From the UHGV virus genome UHGV-0071249: a stretch of 34,343 bases of DNA. One strand, written 5' to 3'. Positions 8,165 through 22,384 of this stretch are shown piece by piece (the first letter of the stretch is position 1; every line of letters begins with the position of its first letter). Source of the stretch: a virus. A model generated the notes under the pieces. That model was given only the letters and a program-made list of their open reading frames with translations. It searched no databases and was not told where the DNA came from. A program made the translations under genes and the position numbers.

Positions 8165-9286
8165 TCAACGCACCATGGCTAATGTTCTGGAAATTCGCAT
8201 GATTTCTTTTTCAATATCATCTAAAACAGGTAGTGATTTTCTGCTTCGTTCAGCAATTTCTTGCAATATATATCTGTTCAAATAATTGTTTACATTTTTA
8301 GGATCAAGATTTTCAGGTGTGGGAACAACACAACATTGCCAATAAAAAATCTCATCTTCGAAATGAGTTAGCCATTTGGAGTGATATCTTTCTTTCGATT
8401 TTTTCTTATTAAGCACATAAATGCTGGCTGCAGCTATCACATCAGCAATTTGTATACCATGCGTGACTTTAGAATCAGAAAGGATTATGGGCTCAGATAG
8501 TTTGAATGTGATCGGGATTTTTTTATTATTAAAGGTCTCGAACACAATTTCATCATTACCTATCATCTCATTGAATGCGTCTTGTTGGGTAATTAATGGT
8601 TTTGAACTATCACATATAGCTCTCAATGTACCAAACTTACTACTCATATCGCATAAGAGATTATAAAGAGAAGTCGTTGTCAAATCTAACAACCATTTAT
8701 CAACCCCAGTGCCCTCGAGACCTTCATATTCCTCTTCAATTATTGAAATGTTATGCTTGGCGAAATCATGAATGTCCATCATAATTTCAGAGTTTTTAGT
8801 ACCAATAACTGGTTCGATAAAACTATTAACTAATATTTTACCTCGTGAAAAATCTTCAAATCGAGAATGCAATAGTTCAGAATACTCATCCTTAGCTATT
8901 AAAGAAAAATACATTATATTGGATATGAATAGGTGGAATTTAAGGTTGTAAAATATTGAGCTTTTAGCTGCTAATACTGGCTCGAAAATATATTCAAAGA
9001 ATTTTCCTGAAAGGGCATATTTCTTTTCGTTAACAACCACACGCATACGTCCACGGAAATGATTAAGTATCTCATCTACGGCTGGTTGTAATCTCTTGCT
9101 ATTAACGAGAGTGCTACCTTTTAGCTCTTCGGCTGCGATCGAGTACTTTTGTATTATGTAATCTACAAACTGTTTACTTTCCTCTTCATCAGTCACGACT
9201 GCAGCGTAACTAAAAAAAGGCTGATCTTTTGAAAGTAAGTTATTACCTGTAAACCCTGATTCGTCGAAGTAGACATTTTTTACCAA
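8165..9286 (-). CDS. DUF3800-like protein (373 aa), antisense cargo gene immediately upstream of the late operon
   Basis: N-terminal VYFDESG and C-terminal GIQIADVIA motifs, which I recall as the two signature motifs of DUF3800; TTG start with GAAGGA ribosome-binding site about 9 nt upstream. Confidence 0.6.
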   Translation of the reverse strand: MVKNVYFDESGFTGNNLLSKDQPFFSYAAVVTDEEESKQFVDYIIQKYSIAAEELKGSTLVNSKRLQPAVDEILNHFRGRMRVVVNEKKYALSGKFFEYIFEPVLAAKSSIFYNLKFHLFISNIMYFSLIAKDEYSELLHSRFEDFSRGKILVNSFIEPVIGTKNSEIMMDIHDFAKHNISIIEEEYEGLEGTGVDKWLLDLTTTSLYNLLCDMSSKFGTLRAICDSSKPLITQQDAFNEMIGNDEIVFETFNNKKIPITFKLSEPIILSDSKVTHGIQIADVIAAASIYVLNKKKSKERYHSKWLTHFEDEIFYWQCCVVPTPENLDPKNVNNYLNRYILQEIAERSRKSLPVLDDIEKEIMRISRTLAMVR

Positions 9287-9495
9287 TTTGGATATTCCTT
9301 CTTGAACGGCAATGTGTATGTGCTTGCAATGTTACATTGTAATAATGATCAAGTAAAATGAAATGTAAGTGCTTTTAATCAACCTAATTAAGTGAAACTA
9401 ATAATTTAGGTACTCCTCCAGCCTGATTATCAACGCGAGTTTTCGGCACCGATTGCTTTCAATTGTATGTGACATTTTAGATGTACACAAAACAT

Positions 9496-15901
<6,406 letters not shown>

Positions 15902-15906
15902 TATAT

Positions 15907-16200
15907 ATGAGAGGATTTAGTAAAGCTCAAAAAAGATCACTACTAGATTCTTTCGGTGAAGATCTCGTCATTGTTCAGGATGGAGTAACAAGTACTGTTA
16001 CAGTGATATTCGAGCAAGACGAGATTTTTTTTGAAGATGCAGAATCTACCGTGAACTATTTCACTTCTGAAACTGGTTTACCAGTGGGTATTACTTTTGA
16101 ACATAATGGCACTACCTACATAGTAAATAGAATAGATGATGATTTGAGTGGAATCTCAGATTATCACTATATTCAACAGATTAATTTAGAGGATATCTAA
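15907..16200 (+). CDS. Small head-tail joining or head completion protein (97 aa), by position
   Basis: Directly follows the capsid gene; no family recognised. Confidence 0.45.
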   Translation: MRGFSKAQKRSLLDSFGEDLVIVQDGVTSTVTVIFEQDEIFFEDAESTVNYFTSETGLPVGITFEHNGTTYIVNRIDDDLSGISDYHYIQQINLEDI

Positions 16201-16201
16201 T

Positions 16202-16639
16202 ATGTACACGGCAGACTATACAATCAGAAAGTACCTAACCAACAGATTAAGTACTAAAGCGAATCTTCATTTTCCATCGAAAGCATCAGTAGATAAAAAA
16301 GCTATGGTTTATATTGGGGAAAGTTCAGTAATGAGAAATAAGATTCCTCAAAATATGCCAGTAATCGCGGCACAAATAGTACCGCAAGAAGTACAAAACC
16401 TTTGTGAATTTCGTATTGATTTCGTATCAGTTGCCGAAGACTTTAAAAATGCCTCAGAAGAAATTGAAAAGATTCTAGAGGCAATTTTTGCTAAGGGATT
16501 CTTAGATGATTTAAACAAACTACTAAGGATGCCAATTTATAATGTACTAGTTGGTGATAGTTTAATGACAACTCAAGCCGAAGCACAAAAAACAATGTAT
16601 GTACATACGCAATCAATTACATTTAGCTACGGGGAATAA
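16202..16639 (+). CDS. Putative tail completion / terminator protein (145 aa), by position
   Basis: Between head genes and tail genes; no family recognised. Confidence 0.45.
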   Translation: MYTADYTIRKYLTNRLSTKANLHFPSKASVDKKAMVYIGESSVMRNKIPQNMPVIAAQIVPQEVQNLCEFRIDFVSVAEDFKNASEEIEKILEAIFAKGFLDDLNKLLRMPIYNVLVGDSLMTTQAEAQKTMYVHTQSITFSYGE

Positions 16640-16641
16640 TA

Positions 16642-18324
16642 ATGTCATTCTTAACTAACTACACAACAGTGTGGATTAATACTAACACACTTAATACCGA
16701 TCCAAATTCAAAAGCATTTGAACAAGTTGAAAAGCTGGCTTCATTTCCAGTAGTAGGTGCTACCACACAAGTTACTTCAATTGAACCATATAATTCTACA
16801 TTTATGGCTAAAGAAGTTGGTGATATGTCTCATAATGACGTAACGATCACCGTTAATTGGGTTCCATCCGTACACCAATTTCTAGATGATTTAGTATCTT
16901 CTGGTGAAGAAGTTCAGATGAAAATTGAAATGCCAGATGAAGGTGCAGATGATACTACCGTTCCATATGCAATGTATAACGGTGTTCTTACATCTACATC
17001 AACTGCTGGTAGTTATGATAATGTAGTAACTAAAACATATACCTTTGCACCAACTGCATTAGTAAGTGCTGGTATACTTGATGAAACTACAGTACCGCTA
17101 AACCGTGGTGATTATGGCGTTGGCTCTAATGGAACTACTTTCCCAAGCTGGCAAGAACGCGACGGTAACGGATTTATTAAGATTCCATCTACTACTTCAC
17201 CAACTGGTACTGATGTTCTAGGTATTAATAATCTTGATACAAACTTTGGTACTCAATTAGTAATTAGTAAAACTGGTACACCAATTATAAACGTCCGTAA
17301 CTACGGAACATCTATGGGTGCATGGTACAAAGTCTATACAAGTGCAGATAAACCAACACTAACAGAACTTGGTGCAGCCTCCAGTGCAAGCCTAGATAAC
17401 TATGTACTAAAAACACAGACAATAAACGGTAAACAGCTAACGGGGAATATTACCCTTGTAGCCGCAGATATCTCTGATGTGTACTCACAAACTTATATCA
17501 CTAATACATTTGTTCCAAAAGTATTTCAGTTAAATGGTCATGCACTATCTGGTACTTCATTAAACTTGGTTGCGGCAGATATTTTAGATGTGTACTCACA
17601 GACACAAACTAATACTAACTTTGTTGCAAAGACTCAGACGATTAACGGCGTGGCATTAAGTGGGAATATTACACTAGGTGCAGCACAACTAACCGATATG
17701 GCAAGTCTAAGCTATAGTAACAGTACTTTTGTACCTAAAACATTCTTAGTGAATAACAAGGCACTTACTGGTACTAACATTCAACTTGTAGCCGCAGATA
17801 TTTCAGATGTGTACTCACGTACCCAATCAAATGATCTATTTGCACTACGTATCACCCGTATTAATGGCTATGCCCTAAACAGTGATATTACTTTGAACTA
17901 TGATGATGTTGGAACATATTCAAAGAAACAAATTGATGATAAAGACAAGGTATTACAAGCCAATATTGATACAAAAGTAACAATTGTAGATGATCTATTA
18001 GCACTAAATACACTCACAGGCACTAGCCTAGAGATTGATTTATCAGATAGTAAGACTGCATTCACTGTTACACTATCAGCAGGAACAACTAATTTTACCA
18101 TTGTTAACGCAAGTGGTAATAGTAAGAATACTCAATCTTTCACTGTAGCTATGAAACAAGGCACAGGGGCAAATAAAATATCATGGCCTGATTCAATTTT
18201 ATGGTCTTATGGGCGTGTACCAGTACTGACATTTACGAAAGATTCAACAGATGTATTCCAGTTTGTTTCTTATGATGGTGGTAGTACGTGGTTCGGCTCC
18301 TTACTAATGGCAGATCTACACTAA
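16642..18324 (+). CDS. Tail protein with an N-terminal tail-tube-like domain and C-terminal phage tail-fibre repeats
   Basis: Residues about 20-140 align with the 156-aa tube protein at 21200-21670 (VEK[VL]A[AS]FP, TVNW[IV]P, TAG.[FY]D, YTF); then four copies of a roughly 38-aa repeat (TQTINGK.LTGNITLVAADISDVYSQT). Confidence 0.65.
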   Translation: MSFLTNYTTVWINTNTLNTDPNSKAFEQVEKLASFPVVGATTQVTSIEPYNSTFMAKEVGDMSHNDVTITVNWVPSVHQFLDDLVSSGEEVQMKIEMPDEGADDTTVPYAMYNGVLTSTSTAGSYDNVVTKTYTFAPTALVSAGILDETTVPLNRGDYGVGSNGTTFPSWQERDGNGFIKIPSTTSPTGTDVLGINNLDTNFGTQLVISKTGTPIINVRNYGTSMGAWYKVYTSADKPTLTELGAASSASLDNYVLKTQTINGKQLTGNITLVAADISDVYSQTYITNTFVPKVFQLNGHALSGTSLNLVAADILDVYSQTQTNTNFVAKTQTINGVALSGNITLGAAQLTDMASLSYSNSTFVPKTFLVNNKALTGTNIQLVAADISDVYSRTQSNDLFALRITRINGYALNSDITLNYDDVGTYSKKQIDDKDKVLQANIDTKVTIVDDLLALNTLTGTSLEIDLSDSKTAFTVTLSAGTTNFTIVNASGNSKNTQSFTVAMKQGTGANKISWPDSILWSYGRVPVLTFTKDSTDVFQFVSYDGGSTWFGSLLMADLH

Positions 18325-21146
18325 TGATTAGAAAACACAATTTAGATAACGCGTATCAAATGGTAGAGGGGCAATTTAAGTTCCTCGCCAGAAACACCGG
18401 ACTAACAACCGATAATAAAACTCAGCACTATGTTTTAAATCCAGATAATGTACTTGCAAACAATAGACACTTTATCGCACAAACTCAGTGGGAAGCACAA
18501 CCAGATGGTGATGCAACTACCGAAGGACAATCCCTACAAATACTAGGTGCTATTCACTGCTACCAAGCAACTAAAGAACCATACTATCTAGAGAAAGCAA
18601 AAGAATATTTTGATGCATATCATTTAGCATTCTATCGTGGTGTACCATTTCCAGATCCACCAAGTACGGCATTACGTTGTAATTGGATTTGTAATGGTAA
18701 GGCTCCAGTACTGGCAAACTACCCACTAGATCCCGAATATCCGACACATGGCGGCTTTAAAGGGGTGTTATTCAATTGGGTAAATGGACAAACTAAGATA
18801 CCTTCTGGTGCTCCAAACTATGGTGAGTACTTGGACGCTGTATGGTTCGCCTTTCCAGAACGTGCATCACTAGGTTGGAACCAAGTTAACGCAACTGCAT
18901 ATATGTGGTTAGAAGACGGTACAACTGATTGGAAGACCAAAGCACCAACTTATGATGTAGATTGGATTATCGACCGTACAGGCCGCAAGGTTGACAGTAA
19001 CGGTGATGTACTGGAACAGGGAATAACAAGCCAGATCGGTACAGTACAGCTTAAAGATACTTCTATTAATGGTAATTACCGTTTCAACTATGCAACACGT
19101 AACCCCGTAGAACATAGCGGTTATATGTTTAAACGTAATGAACGTTGGCACAACCGCCCGGTAAACGTACCAATTGATAATTACGGTAGTCTTGATTTCG
19201 CTGATAATGCATCAGATGCTGAATTGTGGTTCTGTCTTGCATCTAAAATGCTATGGGATATTACAGGGGAACGTAAACACTATCTAGCGTGGCAGTGTTC
19301 ACTACTTACTTGTTATGGTTATTCAGATATTGATAGATTTGATATGTTCTTCCGTAAGAGTACAATTGCAACAACGCCATTCACTGATGGTATTTCATAT
19401 GATTATTTCTACCCAAGTGATCGAATTGCAACTTATTCACGTGATGCCGAAGGTTATATTGTAATTAATCAAAGTGCATCAGCACAGACTACCCTAGAAC
19501 AACAATCAATTTGGTTTAAGTTTAATAATAACTCAAAATTCCATATTGAATGTGGCGGTGTTGATACTACTGGTGTAGCTCTAGGACTCGCTGTTAAAAT
19601 GACAGTGAATAAGACGAAAGTAGAAGAGGGTTCAACACTATACCGTTGCGGTATTCCAAATACTAACCCAAATGGTTCTATTACGGTAATGGATGTACCA
19701 ATGAATCACTTTACCCGTGTTAAACGTCCTGATGGTGGTGAATACCTAACCGCAGATATGCGTAATGTCTCTGATTATGGTTCTAATACTGTCACTAGGT
19801 TTGAGTATGTATCTGGAATAGCTGGTAAGTACTATGACAACGTAATCACCAGTACTATGGATGGTGACGGCGGGATGGTTGTAGGATTCTATATCTATGA
19901 CGATGAGAGACAAGATTTAAAATCATTCACCTATCGTACATATAATGATGACTTTAACTTACGTGTTACCGATCCAGATGGTTGGAGATGGTGGACTATG
20001 TTACCTGCTAGTGGTGGTGAATGGGTAACTAAAGATTTAACGCAGTTAGATTTTAAACTAAACAGTTATCAACCAAACCACGTAGAAGGCGATGAGCAGC
20101 CCGCAGCAGTGACATTAACACAACTAGAGGACTTTACCTTACTATTAGATGATGACCCGATAGACGGCGTTTCAGGGCGTATAGATTGGTACTGTATAAA
20201 CGATCTACCAGAACTATATAACGATGGCGGTACTGGTGACTATTCTGTACTAGTTAATTTAACATTCAATGACAGTACTGATAGTGGTTATACGGCACGT
20301 CTTGGTAACTGTACTATCAGAGACTATATGTTAGATAGCCTTGCATATACTCCCGGTCTAATACCGTTCAGTAACATTACAGATCCATATGCACAGTTAT
20401 ATTCTGGCTGGCGTGGTCTTCCGTATCCGGGCTACCAATTACCTACAGTATGGTGTTTTAAAGGAACTACTATTGATACAGTAAGACTAAATAATAGTAT
20501 CAAGTTCTTATGTGATTCACAGGACGGGTTTACTAATAAATTTCATCCTACTGTACCAGGTCCATGTGCTCAGGCGTTTGTATGGAACCGTCAGGACGCA
20601 TTAGCGTACTTACCAGCAGGTGAGAAAGTAGATACATTCATTATGGATCACTGGTATTCAGAGGCTTGGTCTGGTTATGAACCACGTGCATTCTATGCAG
20701 GATGTAACGTAGTATATGAATTATGGTCACGTGGTGATTATGCAATCCCCTCTAATATAATTCAGTACTGTAAAAACTGGATGAATTACTTGAAATGGTT
20801 TATGAAAAATAATGATGGTCATGCACCAACACGTTTCAAAAACAATGGTGAAGTAATTTATGATGGATTTACCCCTCATATGTCAGGACTATGGTTAGCA
20901 GGTGCTTGTTCTATGGCAATTGCTGGTTATCCAGATGATGAGTTAATACAAATGTTGTTTGATGAAGTACAAAGTTATTATGAGGTAATCACGTCAAATC
21001 ATGTAATGAATGGTACGTGGGCAGCCGCTATACGTTCTGGTACTCCAACTACGGCAGAAAACAATAGTATGTTCTTTGGCTTTTATAGCGGGGAAGTACT
21101 AAGAGGATTAGGACTATATATAGAGTACTACAATCTTCATAAATAA
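18324..21146 (+). CDS. Large tail-associated protein (940 aa), possibly an enzymatic (glycoside-hydrolase-like) tailspike or fibre
   Basis: TAATG-coupled ATG at 18324; N-terminal region (QSLQILGAIHCYQATKEPYYLEKAKEYFDAYHLAF) is reminiscent of alpha/alpha-toroid glycosidases; lies between the fibre-repeat gene and the tube gene. Confidence 0.5.
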   Translation: MIRKHNLDNAYQMVEGQFKFLARNTGLTTDNKTQHYVLNPDNVLANNRHFIAQTQWEAQPDGDATTEGQSLQILGAIHCYQATKEPYYLEKAKEYFDAYHLAFYRGVPFPDPPSTALRCNWICNGKAPVLANYPLDPEYPTHGGFKGVLFNWVNGQTKIPSGAPNYGEYLDAVWFAFPERASLGWNQVNATAYMWLEDGTTDWKTKAPTYDVDWIIDRTGRKVDSNGDVLEQGITSQIGTVQLKDTSINGNYRFNYATRNPVEHSGYMFKRNERWHNRPVNVPIDNYGSLDFADNASDAELWFCLASKMLWDITGERKHYLAWQCSLLTCYGYSDIDRFDMFFRKSTIATTPFTDGISYDYFYPSDRIATYSRDAEGYIVINQSASAQTTLEQQSIWFKFNNNSKFHIECGGVDTTGVALGLAVKMTVNKTKVEEGSTLYRCGIPNTNPNGSITVMDVPMNHFTRVKRPDGGEYLTADMRNVSDYGSNTVTRFEYVSGIAGKYYDNVITSTMDGDGGMVVGFYIYDDERQDLKSFTYRTYNDDFNLRVTDPDGWRWWTMLPASGGEWVTKDLTQLDFKLNSYQPNHVEGDEQPAAVTLTQLEDFTLLLDDDPIDGVSGRIDWYCINDLPELYNDGGTGDYSVLVNLTFNDSTDSGYTARLGNCTIRDYMLDSLAYTPGLIPFSNITDPYAQLYSGWRGLPYPGYQLPTVWCFKGTTIDTVRLNNSIKFLCDSQDGFTNKFHPTVPGPCAQAFVWNRQDALAYLPAGEKVDTFIMDHWYSEAWSGYEPRAFYAGCNVVYELWSRGDYAIPSNIIQYCKNWMNYLKWFMKNNDGHAPTRFKNNGEVIYDGFTPHMSGLWLAGACSMAIAGYPDDELIQMLFDEVQSYYEVITSNHVMNGTWAAAIRSGTPTTAENNSMFFGFYSGEVLRGLGLYIEYYNLHK

Positions 21147-21156
21147 GATGAATGAA

Positions 21157-21177
21157 GGGTAACAAGATCTGTTACCC
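21157..21177 (+). promoter_or_regulatory. Stem-loop (GGGTAACA-AGATC-TGTTACCC) upstream of the major tail tube gene
   Basis: 8-bp perfect stem read from the sequence; no T-run, so more likely an mRNA processing or stability element than a terminator. Confidence 0.3.
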
Positions 21178-21199
21178 ACTTTAAATAGGAAAAAAAGAA

Positions 21200-21670
21200 A
21201 TGGCATTTAAAAATATGTTTATGGCTAACAATGTCAAAGTTGAGATTGCTTTAGCTCCTGTTAGTGGTGTTGCAACAACCTTTACTGTAGTTGAGAAGGT
21301 AGCAGCTTTCCCTGCCGTCGCGGGGGCAGAAACCAATATGGCTACTGTGAATAGTTTCGGTGAACTTTATGCAGAGAAACTACCTGGTTCTAAAAACGTT
21401 CCTGATATTTCTCTAACTGTCAACTGGATTCCTGGTGCAGTTGGTCAAGAACTACTTAACACTTATGCAGATAACCTAACCAAAGTACAACTACGTGTAA
21501 CTTACTATGAGAACCTTACTGGTACTGATGGTGCTTCTTACTTCCAAGTTGTTAACGGTTATATCTCTACTAACACTACTGCTGGTGATTTTGATTCACA
21601 AGCACAACGTGAATATACATTTGTAGTTACTGGTGCTCCAGTTGCAAGCGGTGAAACTGCTGGTGACTAA
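21200..21670 (+). CDS. Major tail tube protein
   Basis: 156 aa, immediately upstream of the chaperone pair and tape measure gene; paralogous to the N-terminus of the 16642-18324 protein. Confidence 0.7.
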   Translation: MAFKNMFMANNVKVEIALAPVSGVATTFTVVEKVAAFPAVAGAETNMATVNSFGELYAEKLPGSKNVPDISLTVNWIPGAVGQELLNTYADNLTKVQLRVTYYENLTGTDGASYFQVVNGYISTNTTAGDFDSQAQREYTFVVTGAPVASGETAGD

Positions 21671-21707
21671 ATAATATCAATAAAACCATAATTCAAGGAA
21701 GATACAA

Positions 21708-21998
21708 ATGAACCTAAATGATTTAATGAGCGTGATTGGAGTAAAAACCCACGAATTTGAACTAGCACCAAATGTAGTTGTGAAAATTCGTATGCCTTCA
21801 CTAGCTCAATATTCCCAATGTACTACACCATTCAAAATTATCTATCATTGTGTAGTTGATGACGAAGGTAAACCACTATTCGAATCACCAGAACAGATTG
21901 AAGAAAACGTAGAATTATCAGTACAGATGAAACTAAGCCAAGAGATTGATCGTATCTTCTCTGAATCAATAAATATTGATAATATTGAAAAAAAGTAA
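21708..21998 (+). CDS. Tail assembly chaperone (lambda G-like)
   Basis: 96 aa, between tube and tape measure; ends in the slippery heptamer A_AAA_AAG. Confidence 0.65.
   Translation: MNLNDLMSVIGVKTHEFELAPNVVVKIRMPSLAQYSQCTTPFKIIYHCVVDDEGKPLFESPEQIEENVELSVQMKLSQEIDRIFSESINIDNIEKK
21989..21995 (+). promoter_or_regulatory. Programmed -1 ribosomal frameshift site (A_AAA_AAG) giving a G-T-like chaperone fusion
   Basis: Heptamer is in the correct register of the zero frame; the -1 frame is open from 21995 and runs in-frame into the 22055-22384 ORF. Confidence 0.6.
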
Positions 21999-22054
21999 GA
22001 AGCGATCCGTTTCTTGCACTAACTCTAAAACTAATCCGTAATAAGGGGTGTGGT

Positions 22055-22384
22055 GTGGATGAACTCTACACCATGCCCCTTTTGCTTTTCTTTTATATAT
22101 ACGTCTATGACACAGTTATAGACCCAAACTCAGCACAAGTAGATCAAATGCGTCATTGTGAAATCATGCAAGCTCTATGGTTGAGTACTGGAAATATCAG
22201 AAAAGAAGATATGCACAAGTTCAGTACTAAAGAATTCGATTCACTAGGATTGCTTAGTAATAAAACTCGTGCAGAACAGGCAGAAGAAAGAGCAGAGAAG
22301 GAGAAGCAGATCGCAGAAGAACAAGCAAAACAACAGCGTGCAAACATGCTCGCATGGATGGGAGTAAAGCCAAATGGCAAATAA
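22055..22384 (+). CDS. T-like extension of the tail assembly chaperone, probably expressed mainly as the -1 frameshift fusion from 21708
   Basis: Same frame as the -1 frame of the upstream chaperone gene; GTG at 22055 with AAGGGG could also allow independent initiation. Confidence 0.55.
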   Translation: MDELYTMPLLLFFYIYVYDTVIDPNSAQVDQMRHCEIMQALWLSTGNIRKEDMHKFSTKEFDSLGLLSNKTRAEQAEERAEKEKQIAEEQAKQQRANMLAWMGVKPNGK

